Source of the DNA: Pristiophorus japonicus
Lineage: Eukaryota
NCBI RefSeq assembly: GCF_044704955.1
Contig: NC_091984.1
Span: 147,312,001 to 147,376,000 of the forward strand
Length of the DNA stretch: 64,000 nucleotides
Reading direction: 5' to 3'
Within the stretch, counting starts at the first letter, position 1; each line of letters opens with the position of its first letter. Both the position numbers and the translations under genes were made by a program. Shown in pieces: positions 25,404-37,162 of the stretch. The notes under the pieces were generated by a model. It saw only the letters and a program-made list of their open reading frames with translations, was not told the DNA's origin and searched no databases.

Positions 25404-26009
25404 ATTTATGATAAAAGTATAAGAAATAGGAGCAGGAGAATGCTATTCAACCGATCGAGCCTGCGCTGCCACTCAAAAAGATCATGGCTGATCTTCTACC
25501 TCAATTCCACCTTCCCGCACAATTCCCGTTATGTCTTGTGATAGAGACAGTGCCTGGGGTTGCCCTGAATTTCTGAAATACTTGGTACCCTTTTATAAAC
25601 TGAGACACTCTCATAAACCCCTGTTAACACTGATACAGTCCAAGGACTCCCTGACTGTCTACTGTCCTCGGCATCCCTTTATACGCTGACTCACTGTCTC
25701 TGAGAGCCTAAATAGTGACCTCATTTGGGGATGTCCTAAATGAATAGTGTCCTTGACACCCTTTTAAACATTGACCCAATCTCACAAAATCCTTTGATGC
25801 TGACACAGTCTCGGTACTACCTGAATGATACAATACTTGGTGCCCTTTTTACATATTGACCAATGCAAATAATGAAAGTAATGGTGACCGCATTTTGTAC
25901 ATTCCAAATACCACTGCCCTATCATGTTTGCCTGCTGATTTATTCCAGTTGCCCAGCCCTCATAAAGTTAAAGGACTTCCTGGCCATTTGTTTGGAGCAC
26001 TGTTAGAAT

Positions 26010-26590
26010 CATAAGAACATAAGATAAGGACAATAGGAATAGCAGCAGAAGTAGGCCTTACAGCCCCTTGAGCCTGCTCCACTGGTCTATAAGATCATGG
26101 CTGAAGTTGGACCTTAACTCCACCTTCCCGCACTATCTATTTTTAGGCTGGATAGCTCTTGGTCGGCCGGCACGGACACGATGGGCCGAAATAGCCTCCT
26201 TACATGCTGTAAATTTCTATGAATCTATGATCTCCATATCCCTTGATTCCCCTCGAGTCCAAAAATTTAGCAATCTCAGCCTTGAATATATATGAGCATC
26301 CATAGACCTCTCGGGAGAAAATTGCAAAGTTTTACATCCCTCTGACTGAAGAAATTCCTGTTCCTCTCAGTCTTAAAGGGCCTGCCCCTTATCCTGAGAC
26401 TATGCCTCCTAATTCTAGACTCTCCAGCCAGGGAAAAAATCTCTCAGCATCTACACTGTCAATCCCCCTCAGAATCTGAAGTGTTTCAATGAGATCAGCT
26501 CACATTGTTCTCAAGCTCAGAGAGTTTAGTGCCAATCTACTCAATCTCTCCTCACAGGACAACGCACTCATCCCAGGAAATAATCTTCTG
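26010..26590 (-). mobile_element. CR1 3' fragment
   Basis: cataagaacata tail and RT C-terminal sequence on the minus strand. Confidence 0.75.
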
Positions 26591-26604
26591 ATTCTCATCA
26601 ATCT

Positions 26605-28597
26605 GATGATACAAAGCTTGCTGGGAATGTAAGTTGTGAGGAGGATGCAAAGAGACTACCAGGGGATGTAGACAGACTAAGTGAACAGGCAAGACATGGC
26701 AGAAGGAATATAAAGTGGAGAAATGTGAAGTTATCCACTTTGGTAGGAAAAATAGAAAAGCAGAGTATGTTTTAAATGGTAAGATTGGGAAATGTTGGTG
26801 CTTCGAGGGATATGGCTGTCCTTGTACAATAATCACTGAAAGTTAATATACAGGGACAGCAAGTAATTAAGAAAGCACATGGTATGTTGGCCTTGATTAC
26901 AAGAGGATTTGAGTTTAAGAGTAAAGACGTCTTACTACAATTATACAGGGCCCTGGTGAGAAGGCACCAGGGGTATTGTGTACAGTTCTGTTCTCTTTAC
27001 TGAAGGAAGGATATACTTGCCATTGAGGAAGTGCAACAAAGGTTCACCAGGCTGATTCCTGGAATGTGGAGATTGTCCTATGAGGAGAGATTGAGTAGAC
27101 TGGGCTTATATGCTCTAGAGTTTGAATGAATGAGAGGGGATCTCATTGGAACATACACAATTCTGACAGGGCTTGACAGGGTATATGCAGGGAGAAGATG
27201 TTTCCTCTGGCTGAGGAGTCTAGAACCAGGGGTCACTGTCTCAGAATAAGGGGTTGGCCATTTAGGACTGAGATGAGGAGAAACTTCTTCACTCAGAGGT
27301 TGGTGAATCTCTGGAATTCTCTACCCAGAGGGCTGTGGAGGCTCAGTCTTTGAGTATATTCAGGACAGGATGGTGACAATTTTTTAGGACAGCCGAATTT
27401 GAGAAGGACACTCTATGATCCCTCATGGTTGACAGAGTCGAAGGCCTTTGTGAAGTCAAAGAAGGCCATGTACAGAGGTTGATGCTGCTCCCTGCATCTC
27501 ACTTGAAATTGATGTGTGGTGAAGACCATGTCTGTTGTGTCCCTTAGTGGGCAGAATCCACATTGTGACTCTGGAAGGAGCTCTTCAGCCATTGGGAGGA
27601 GACGATTGAGGAGGATTCTTGCGATAATCTTTGCAGTGGCAGACAGCAGGGTAACTATTCTGTAATTACCGCAATCGGATTTGTCCCCTTTCTTGAAGAT
27701 GATTACGATCATGGCGTCTCTGAGATCCCCAGGCATGCTCTCCTCCTTCCAGATAAGAGAGATGAGGTCATGGATTTGCGTCAAGAGTACTTCTCCGCCA
27801 TGCTTTAGTACTTCGGCGAGGATTCCATCTGCTCCTGAGGCCTTGTTGTTCTTCAGTTGTCGGATGGCCTTTTCATCCTCATGCCGGGCTGGGATTGTGC
27901 TGAGGTGGTGGTGGGCAGCTTGCTGTGGGATGGAGTCAAGGACACTCACGTCAAAGACAGATCCTTGGTTGAGGAGATCCTCGAAGTGCTCCTTCCAGCA
28001 GGCACTGACTGCATCTCTGACCTTGATGAGCACTCCTCCATTCTTAGCTCTCAGCACAGTAGGACCTCAGTGCTTGGGCCATAGGTGGTCTTGATGTGCT
28101 AAAAAATCCATGCACGTCGTGGTTGTCGAGTAGTTGCTGGATCTCCTGCACTTTTTCCACCCACCATCTGTTCTTTAGGTCACGAGTTTGTTGTTGGACT
28201 TCGGCCTTCAGTTGTCTATAGATCTGCTTTCTTTCTCTCGAGTTGTGGTGTTGTTTCCAATTCAAGAATGCCTTGCATTTACAGTTTATTAGCTCCTGGA
28301 TCTCCTGGTCCTCCTCATCGAACCAGACTTGATGTTTCCTGGTAGAGTAACCAAGAGTTTCTTCACAGCTGCTAATTATTGTGCGCTTGAGGTCAGACCA
28401 GACTGCCTAGGAAGAAGGATATTCAAGGCGGAGATCGAAAGATTTTTGGATATTAAGGCAATCAAGGGATATGGGGACAGTGCAGGAAAGTGGAGTTGAT
28501 GTAGAAAGTGTGCCCTGATCTCATTGAATAGTGGAGCAGGCACAAGGGGCCGAATAGCCTACTCCTGCTCCAATTCTTTGGTTCTTATGTTCTTATG
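26605..28597 (+). mobile_element. CR1 3' fragment interrupted by an RTE insertion
   Basis: DDTKL...KCEVIHFG; resumes at 28419 and ends ttcttatgttcttatg. Confidence 0.8.
27365..28418 (-). mobile_element. RTE (BovB-like) LINE fragment: inverted body plus short plus-strand 3' tail
   Basis: WKEHFEDLLN, KASGADGI, KKGDKSDCGNYR, LPESQCGF, FDFTKAFDSVN; tail gactgcctaggaagaagg at 28401-28418. Confidence 0.85.
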
Positions 28598-28818
28598 AAC
28601 CATTGTTGCAGCTCCTGCACAGCGAGCTTCTGGGTCCAATGGCAATGGTGCCTCAGAGCCAGGGTGCCCCAGAGCGAGGGTGCCCCAGAGTGAGGGTGCC
28701 CCAGAGCCAGGATTTTTTTTTTTTTTTAAATCCAATTTCGTTCCAGATCAACTCTAACGCCAAAGATCACTTTGCGCCAATGTGTTTGATCTTAGGCCAA
28801 AAGGCCGAGAGGCGAAGT

Positions 28819-28953
28819 TGCACCGTTCCTGGAAATATTGCAATACCAGGTCGGTGCATGGAGTGGATGGGGCATGCCCCTGATCCAGCTCCCTGTCCAA
28901 AAATCAATTCAATATCATGTCCCCATAGGGCATATTAAACTGATAAGAACAGA
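28819..28953 (-). pseudogene. RNU2: U2 snRNA-derived segment (nt ~39-187)
   Basis: TCTGTTCTTATCAGTTTAATAT...GATTTTTGG (Sm site)...GACCTGGTATTGCAATATTTCCAGGAACGGTGCA. Confidence 0.93.
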
Positions 28954-29218
28954 TTTTTTTTTTTTTCGTTGCCAATCTTTCCAATTCTTTGTCAACTCAC
29001 AAACGCCAGAGGTCACCTTGCACACATCAAGGATCACTCTGCGCCAATGCTCTTAGCCAAAAGGCCTCGAGCCACTGCACCGTTCCTGGAAGTACTGCAA
29101 TACCAGGTTCGTGCCATGGAGGTGGATGGGTCAGGCCCCCCACACACCTTCGTGGAGGTGGATGGGTCAAACCACCCCACCTACCTCCTGTTTCAAAAAA
29201 GCATAGGAGAATCACCTT

Positions 29219-29272
29219 CCTGATCCAGGGAGAACCACGTTGGGGTCATGGTTACTCCCCTGTCAGGTCAGT
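29219..29272 (-). pseudogene. RNU1: U1 snRNA-derived segment (nt ~3-57)
   Basis: ACTGACCTGACAGGGGAGTAACCATGACCCCAACGTGGTTCTCCCTGG versus U1 ACTTACCTGGCAGGGGAGATACCATGATCACGAAGGTGGTTTTCCCAGG. Confidence 0.85.
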
Positions 29273-29305
29273 TACGCATGATCTTAGCCAAAAGGCCGAG
29301 AAGCG
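29273..29305 (-). pseudogene. RNU2: U2 snRNA 5' end (nt 3-35)
   Basis: CGCTTCTCGGCCTTTTGGCTAAGATCA identical to U2 nt 3-29. Confidence 0.95.
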
Positions 29306-29814
29306 TGCCCCAGAGCCAGGATGCCCCAGAGCCAGGGTGACCAAGTGCGAGGGTGCCCCAGAGCCAGGGTGACCAAGTGCGAGGGTGCCCCAGAGTGAGG
29401 GTGCCCCAGAGCCAGGATTATCCAGAGCCAGGGTGCCCTAGTGCGAGAGTGCCCCAGAGTGAGGGTGCCCCAGAGCCAGGATTATCCAGAGCCAGGGTGC
29501 CCCAGAGCCAGGGTGCCCTAGTGCGAGAGTGCCCCAGAGTGAGGGTGCCCCAGAGCCAGGGTGCCCCAGAGCCAGGGTGCCCTTGCTAGGGGTTTGGATG
29601 AGTCAGCCTCCAGCACTGCGCGTGTCTCCCAGCACACCTTGCAGTCCATCCTTGGCAGCTTGCAAAGCATGGTGGGCTCGCAGAGAGAGGGTAGGGACCC
29701 AGAACTCACGCCACATGTCACGGGGGAGGGAGCAGCAGCTATTGCAGCACAGGCCGGTGCAACGCAATCGCTTACTGCTGTAATGGGCTCAGTGCTTGGT
29801 GGCATAAAGACTGG

Positions 29815-30003
29815 GTCTGCTCTCGTGCACGCTCAGTCCGCTCTCATGCATGCTCGGTCTGATCTTGTGCACGCTCGGTCTGCCCTCGTGCACGCTTGGG
29901 CTGCTCCCGTACACACTCAGTCTGTTCCCATGCACGCTCAGTCTGTTCCCGTGCACGCTCGGTCTGCTCCCGTACATACACGCTCTGTTCCCGTGCACGC
30001 TCA
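29815..30003 (+). repeat. 21-bp tandem repeat (~9 units, SALVHAQ/R heptads) within a probable Harbinger accessory ORF remnant (~29590-30370)
   Basis: gtctgctctcgtgcacgctca units; the host assignment is recalled and tentative. Confidence 0.75.
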
Positions 30004-30374
30004 GATCGATGCCATGCAAGCGCTGACTGCTGCCATCATTTCTGGGTTCCCCGCAGTTCAATGGAGAGGTCACGGTGCCGAAGCAGGCCAGCAATCTGTG
30101 CTCGATGAGATTGGTCCGGATGCTGAGGCGCTGAGGGGGAGTGGCAGTGGGTCGGTAGAAATGGAAGGTGTTGCCCTCTCTCAGGATATCAGCATTCCGT
30201 CTCCCACCACTGCCACTTCACCATTGCAGTTGGCGCTGTCTGCACCCCAGCCGTCCGAGACTGCTGCTGCCCAGGCTGAGGTGGTGCAGTCTGCAGCCGG
30301 GCCTTCCAGGCCCAGAACTGGTCCAGGGCATCCTGCTAGGCCATGTACAGTCTCTGTATGGCATACTGAGCAGC

Positions 30375-30660
30375 GGGGGTGGGGGGGGCGGGGTTGCATA
30401 CCATTATTTTCCCCGGGAGGGGGGAGGGGAAACATAGGGACATACCATTATTGTCCCCGGGTCGGGGAACATATCATTATTATCCCCAGGCTGGGGCGAG
30501 ACGTACCGTTATTGTCCCCAAGGGGCGGGGGGACGGGAGGGAACATACCATTATTGTCCCTGGGGTGTAGGGGGAGATGGGAACATAAACTTTATTGTTC
30601 CTGGCGAGAGGGGTGGGAACATACCTTTATTGTCCCTGGGGGGGAAGAGGGAGAGGTGAG
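30375..30660. repeat. Degenerate G-rich tandem repeat (GGGAACATACCATTATTGTCCCC core)
   Basis: About 8 imperfect 30-40-bp units. Confidence 0.7.
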
Positions 30661-32752
30661 GGATGTTATGTATGCAACCCGAGGTAACCTGTATCACACC
30701 GGCACCAGAGGGCGTACCTGTTGGAGTCCCAAGGGCTCCCAGCATCCCTTGGGAGCACTGTATATAAGCAGGCCTCCCATACTGTACCAGCACTTGGAGT
30801 TTGAATAAAGGAGCTAAGGTCACACTCATGTCTACAATACTCACTTACATTACTTTATCATGAGCTTAACACCTGGTGACGAGATAATGAACAATCATGC
30901 GAAAATGCAGAGAACTGTTGGTACCCTGGAGAAATTCTCAGAAGGGGACAATTGGGAGATCTTCGTGGAGTGAATCGACCAATACTTCATGGCCAACAAG
31001 CTGGAAGGGGACGAGAACGCTGCCAAACGAAGGGCGATCCTCCTCACCGTCTGTGGGGCAACAACCTATGGCCTCATGAAGAATCTTTTAACTCCGGTGA
31101 AACCAACAACCAAATCATATGAAGAACTGTGTACGCTGGTCCGGGAGCACCTAAATCCGAAGGAAAGCGTTCTGATGGCAAGGTATTGATTTTACACGTG
31201 TCAACGGTTTGAAGGCCAGGAAGTGGCGAGCTACGTCGCCGAACTAAGGCGCCTTGCAGGACATAGAGCAACGCCATAACGATAGCCCAGGCATTTATGA
31301 CCACCCGCAATAACACCAAAACAAATTTCATGGTACAAAGAGGTTTCGGCAAGTACTGTACACAAATTTATGTCATTTTCAGGTAGGAATGCATATGGCA
31401 GAACGTACACGCCTGCAGCTGCATGACCTCAGATGACCCAGAGTCTGCCATCAAATGTTAATGCGAGGCAGTTAACACCTTGTTTGCGCTGCGGAGGTGA
31501 TCATCGAGTCCATCAATGCCGCTTCAAACACTGTGTGCAAAGTCTATGGAACAATGGGATACCTCCAGCGAATGTGCAGACGAGCTGCAAACCCTGCAAA
31601 CCACCACGTTGCAGAGGAGGATCGATCCATGGCAGATCAGGCTGAACTAGAGACTCGAATTGAGGAGGCAGAAGTGTCTGGGGTACACACATTCACCAGG
31701 AAATGTCCACCGAGCATGCGAAAAGTTGAACTGGATGGAATTCCAGTATCCATGGAACTGAACATGGGTGTGAGTCAGTCCATCATGAGCAAAAAGGCCT
31801 TCGACAGGCTGTGGTGCAACAAGGCACACAGGTCCAAGCTTAGCCCCATTCATACCAAGCTAAGAATTTACACTAAAAAGCTGATCCCTGTTATTGGCAG
31901 CGCAGCAGTAACAGTCTTCGATGATGGAGCAGTGCACAAACTCCCACTGTGGATTGTACCAGGAGATGGCCCCACACTGTTCGGCAGAAGCTGGCTGGGA
32001 AAAATCCTTTGGAACTGGGACGACATCCGAGCGCTTTCGTCCGTCGCCGACGCCTCATGTGCCCAGGTTCTGAGCAAGTTCCCGTTGTTGTTTTGAGCGA
32101 GGCATTGGAAGTTTCTTGGGGGCGAAGGTGCAGATCCACTTGGTTCCCGGTACACGACCCATCCACCACAAGGCACGTGCCACACATGCTGCGAGAGAAA
32201 GTGGAAATTGAGCTGGACAGACTGCAGCGAGAAGGCATCATCGCGCCGGTGGAGTTCAACGAGTGGGCCAGTCCAATTGTTCCGGTTCTCAAAGGCGATG
32301 GCACGGTCAGAATTTGTGGGGACTATAAAGTAACAATTAATTGTTTTTCGCTGCAGGACCAGTACCCGCTACGCAAGGCAGACGACCTATTTGCGACCCT
32401 GGCTGGAGGAAAGACGTTCACCAAGTTGGACCTGAACTTGGCCTACAGGAGCTGGCGGAATCTTTGAAAGGCCTCACCTGCATCAACATGCACAAAGGTC
32501 TGTTCATCTACAACAGATGCCCGTTTGGGAATCGATTGGCCGCGGCAATTTTTCAAAGGAACACGGAGAGCCTGCTAAAGTCGGTTCCGCGCACCATCGT
32601 TTTCCAGGACGACATACTGGTCACAGGTCGGAATACCATCGAACTCTTGAAGAACGTGGAAGAGTTTCTAAGTCGGCTAGATCGCGCGGGACTCAGGTTG
32701 AAATGCTTGAAGAGTATTTTCCTGGTGCCAGTGGTCAAGTTATTGGGGAGAA

Positions 32753-32919
32753 ACATAGAAACATAGAAACATAGAAAATAGGTGCAGGAGTAGGCCATTC
32801 GGCCTCTCGAGCCCGCACCACCATTCAATGAATTCATGGCTGAACATGCAACTTCAGTACCCCATTCCTGCGTTCTCGCCATACCCCTTGATCCCTCTAG
32901 TAGTAAGGACTACATCTAA
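32753..32919 (-). mobile_element. Short 5'-truncated CR1/HER1 3' end inserted in Gypsy RT
   Basis: (CATAGAAA)n tail; near-identical to 33138-33300. Confidence 0.9.
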
Positions 32920-33234
32920 GAATCGCGGCAGACGGCATCAGACGGAGGCCATCAATAATGCGCTGAGTACGCAGAATGTGACGGAGCAGCGGACGTTCCT
33001 GGGACTCCTCAACTATTTGGGTAATTTCCTCCTACCCAGGTTAAGCACCTTGCTATATGTGCTGCTACGCAAGGGAGATGACTGGGTATGGGGGAAATCA
33101 CAAGAGGCTGCATTTGAGAAAGCCAGAAATCTGTTATAGAAACATAGAAACATAGAAAATAGGTGCAGGTGTAGGCCATTCAGGCTTTCAAGCCTGCACC
33201 GCCATTCAATGAGTTCATGGCTGAACATGCAACT

Positions 33235-36095
33235 TCAATACCCCCTTCCTGCTTTTTCGCCATACCCCTTGATCCCCCGAATAGTAAGGACTTCATCTAA
33301 CTCCCTTTTGAATATATTTCGTGAATTGGCCTCAAATACTTTCTGTGGTAGAGAATTCCACAGCTTCACCAGTCTCTGGGTGAAGAAGTTTCTCCTCATC
33401 TCGGTCCTAAATGGCTTACCCCTTATCCTCAGACTGTGACCCCTGATTCTGGACTTCCCCAACATTGGGAACATTCTTCCTGCATCTAACCTGTCTAAAC
33501 CCGTCAGAATTTTAAACGTTTCTATGAGGTCCCCTCTCATTCTTCTGAACTCCAGTGAATACAAGCCCAGTTGATCCAGTCTTTCTTGATAGGTCAGTCC
33601 CACCATCCCAGGAATCAGTCTGTTGAATCTTCGCTGCACTCCCTCAATAGGAAGAATGTCCTTCCTCAAGTTAGGAGACCAAAACTGTACATAATACTCC
33701 AGGTGTGGCCTCACCAAGGCCCTGTACAACTGTAGCAACACCTCCCTGCCCCTGTGCTCAAATCCCCTCGCTATGAAGGCCAACATGCCATTTGCTTTCT
33801 GAACCGCCTGCTGTACCTGCATGTCAAACTTCAATGACTGATGTAGCATGACACCCAGGTCTCGTTGCATCTTCCCTTTTCCTAATCTGTCACCATTCAG
33901 ATAATACTCTGTCTCTCTGTATTTACCACCAAAGTGGATAACCTCACATTTATCCACATTATACTTCATCTGCCATGCATTTGCCCACTCACCTAACCTA
34001 TCCAAGTCACTCTGCAGCCTAATAGCATCCTCCTCGCAGCTCACACTGCCACCCAACTTAGTGTCATCCGCAAATTTGGAGATACTACATTTAATCCCTT
34101 CATCTAAATCATTAATGTACAATGTAAACAGCTGGGGCCCCAGCACAGAACCTTGCGGTACCCCACTTGTCACTGCCTGCCATTCTGAAAAGTACCCATT
34201 TGCTCCTACTCTTTGCTTCCTGTCTGACAACCAGTTCTCAATCCACGTCAGCACACTACCTCCAATCCCATGTGCTTTAACTTTGCATATTAATCTCTTG
34301 TGTGGGACCTTGTCGAAAGCCTTCTGAAAGTCCAAATATACCACATCAACTGGTTCTCCTTTGTCTACTTTACTGGAAACATGCTCAAAAAATTCCAGAA
34401 GATTTGTCAAGCATGATTTCCCTTTTACAAATCCATGCTGACTTGGACCTATCATGTCACTATTTTCCAAATGTGCTGCTATGACATCCTTAATAATTGA
34501 TTCCATCATTTTACCGACTACTGAGGTCAGGCTGACCGGTCTATAATTCCCTGTTTTCTCTCTCCCTCCTTTTTTAAAAAGTGGGGTTACATTGGCTACC
34601 CTCCACTCGATAGGATCTGATCCAGAGTCAATGGAATGTTGGAAAATGACTGTCAATGCATCCGCTATTTCGAAGGCCACCTCCTTAAGTACTCTGGGAT
34701 GCAGTCCATCAGGCCCTGAGGATTTATCGGCCTTCAATCCCATCAATTTCCCCAACACAATTTCCCGACTAATAAAGATTTCCCTCTGTTCCTCCTCCTT
34801 ACTAGACCCTCTGACCCCTTTTATATCCGGAAGGTTGTTTGTGTCCTCCTTAGTGAATACCGAACCAAAGTACTTGTTCAATTGGTCTGCCATTTCTTTG
34901 TTCCCCGTTTTGACTTCCCCTGATTCTGACTGCAGGGGACCTACGTTTGTCTTTACTAACCTTTTTCTCTTTACATACCAACAGAAACTTTTGCAATCCG
35001 CCTTAATGTTCCCTGAAAGCTTCTTCTCGTATTCCATTTTCCCTGCCCTAATCAAACCCTTTGTCCTCCTCTGCTGAGTTCTAAATTTCTCCCACTCCCC
35101 GGGTTCGCTGCTATTTCTGGCCAATTTGTATGCCACTTCCTTGGCTTTAATACTATCCCTGATTTCCCGAGATAGCCACGGTTGAGCCACCTTCCCTTTT
35201 ATATTTTTACACCAGACAGGGATGTATAATTGTTGTAATTCATCCATGCGGTCTCTAAATGTCTGCCATTGCCCATCCACAGTCAACCCCTTAAGTATCA
35301 TTCGCCAATCTATCCTAGCCAATTCACGCCTCATACCTTCAAAGTTCCCCTTCTTTAAGTTCTGGACCATGGTCTCTGAATTAACTGTTTCATTCTGCAT
35401 CCTAATGCAGAATTCCACCATATTATGGTCACTCTTCCCCAAGGGGCCTCGCACAATGAGATTGCTAATTAATCCTCTCTCATTACACAACACAAGTCTA
35501 AGATGGCCTCCCTCCTAGTTGGTTCCTCAACATATTTTTCTAGAAAACCATCCCTTATGCACTCCAGGAAATCCTCCTCCACCGTAATGCTTCCAGTTTG
35601 GCTAGCCCAATCTATGTGCATATTAAAGTCACCCATTATAACTGCTACACCTTTATTGCACGCACCCCTAATTTCATGTTTGATGCCCTCCCCAACATCA
35701 CTACTACTGTTTGGAGGTCTGTACACAACTCCCATTAACGTTTTTTGCCCTTTGGTGTTCTGCAGCTCTACCCATATAGATTCCACATCATCCAAGCTAA
35801 TGTCTTTCCTAACTATTGCATTAATCTCCTCTTTAATCAGCAATGATACCTCACCTCCTTTACCTTTTATTCTATCCTTCCTGAATGTTGAATACCCCTG
35901 GATGTTGAGTTCCCAGCCCTGATCATCCTGGAGCCATGTCTCCATAATCCCAATCACATCATATTTGTTAACGTCTATTTGCACAGTTAATTCATCCACC
36001 TTATTGCGGATACTCCTTGCATTAAGACACAAAACCTTCAGGCTTGTTTTTTTAACACACTTTGTCCTTTTAGAATTTTGCTGTACAGTGGCCAT
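33235..36095 (-). pseudogene. CR1 ORF2 (APE endonuclease + RT), one frameshift near 35493
   Basis: CLNARSIRNK, VYRPP, MGDFN, SDH; YLDFQKAFDKV, GVPQGSVLGP, FADD. Confidence 0.93.
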
Positions 36096-36217
36096 TTTTG
36101 TTCTTTGCCTTAGGTTTCTCTGCCCTCCACTTTTCCTCATCTCCTTTCTGTCTTTTGCTTTTGCCTCCTTTTTGTCTCCCTCTGTCTCCCTGCATTGGTT
36201 CCCATCCCGCTGCCATA

Positions 36218-37162
36218 TTAGTTTAACTCCTCCCCAACAGCATCAGCAAACACTCCCCCTCGGACATTGGTTCCGGTCCTGCCCAGGTGCAGACCGTCCG
36301 GTTTGTACTGGTCCCACCTCCCCCAGAACCGGTTCCAATGCCCCAGAAATTTGAATTTGAGCTGCACCACTGCTCAAGCCATGTATTCATCTGCGCTATC
36401 CTGCGATTCCTACTCTGACTAGCACGTGGCATTGGTAGCAATCTCGAGATTACTACTTTTGAGGTCCTATTTTTTAATTTAGCTCCTAGCTCCTTAAATT
36501 CGTTTCGTAGGACCTCATCAGATTTTTTTACCTATGTCATTGGTAACAATGTGCACCACGACAACTGGCTGTTCTCCCTCCCATTTCAGAATGTCCTGCA
36601 CCCGCTCCGAGACATCCTTGACCCTTGCACCAGGGAGGCAACATACCATCCTGGAGTCTCGGTTGCGGCCGCAGAAACGCCTATCTATTCCCCTCACCAT
36701 TGAATCCCCTATCACTATCGCACTCCCACTCTTTTTCCTGCCATCCTGTGCAGCAGAGCCAGCCACGGTGCCATGAACTTGGCTGCTGCTGCCCTCCCCT
36801 GATGAGTCATCCCCCCCAACAGTACTCAAAGTGGTGTATCTGTTTTGCAGGGGGATGACTACAGGGGACCCCTGCACTACCTTCCTTGCACTACTCTTCC
36901 TGCTGGTCTTCCATTCCCTATCTGTCTGTGGACCCTTCTCCTGCGGTAAGACCAACTAACTACACGTGATACTCACGTCATTCTCAGCATCGTGGATGCT
37001 CCAGAGTGAATCCACCCTCAGCTCCAATTCCGCAACGCGGACCGTCAGGAGCTCGAGGCGGATACACTTCCCGCACACGTCGTCACCAGGGACACCGGAA
37101 GTGTCCCTGAGTTCCCACATGGTACAGGAAGAGCATAACACCCGACCGAGCTCTCCTGCCAT
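36218..37162 (-). pseudogene. CR1 ORF1 (Cys zinc finger/leucine zipper + SGNH esterase), disrupted
   Basis: CSSC...CGKC, LELRVDSL; IVIGDSMVRG, CLPGARVKDV, HIVTND. Confidence 0.88.

Larger units (their letters stand above)
28714..29305 (-). mobile_element. Dimeric U2/U1 snRNA-derived retroposon (SINEU-like), two poly(A) tails, ~17-bp TSD
   Basis: Minus strand: U2(3-35)-U1(3-57)-U2 3' half-U2(11-26)-tail-A13-U2(39-187)-U2(2-30)-tail-A15; flanked by TGCCCCAGAGCCAGGAT at 28697-28713 and 29306-29322. Confidence 0.88.
28646..29582. repeat. 16-bp minisatellite (GGGTGCCCCAGAGCCA)n split by the snRNA-derived insertion
   Basis: Units on both sides of 28714-29305. Confidence 0.9.

Noticed and set aside
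28786-29305. Functional U2 or U1 snRNA gene
   Set aside because: Fragmented and permuted, poly(A)-tailed, flanked by minisatellite instead of PSE/3' box, and lacks the branch-point sequence.
29561-30808. 415-aa ORF as a host gene
   Set aside because: Runs across minisatellite, TE remnant, G-rich repeat and a Gypsy LTR.
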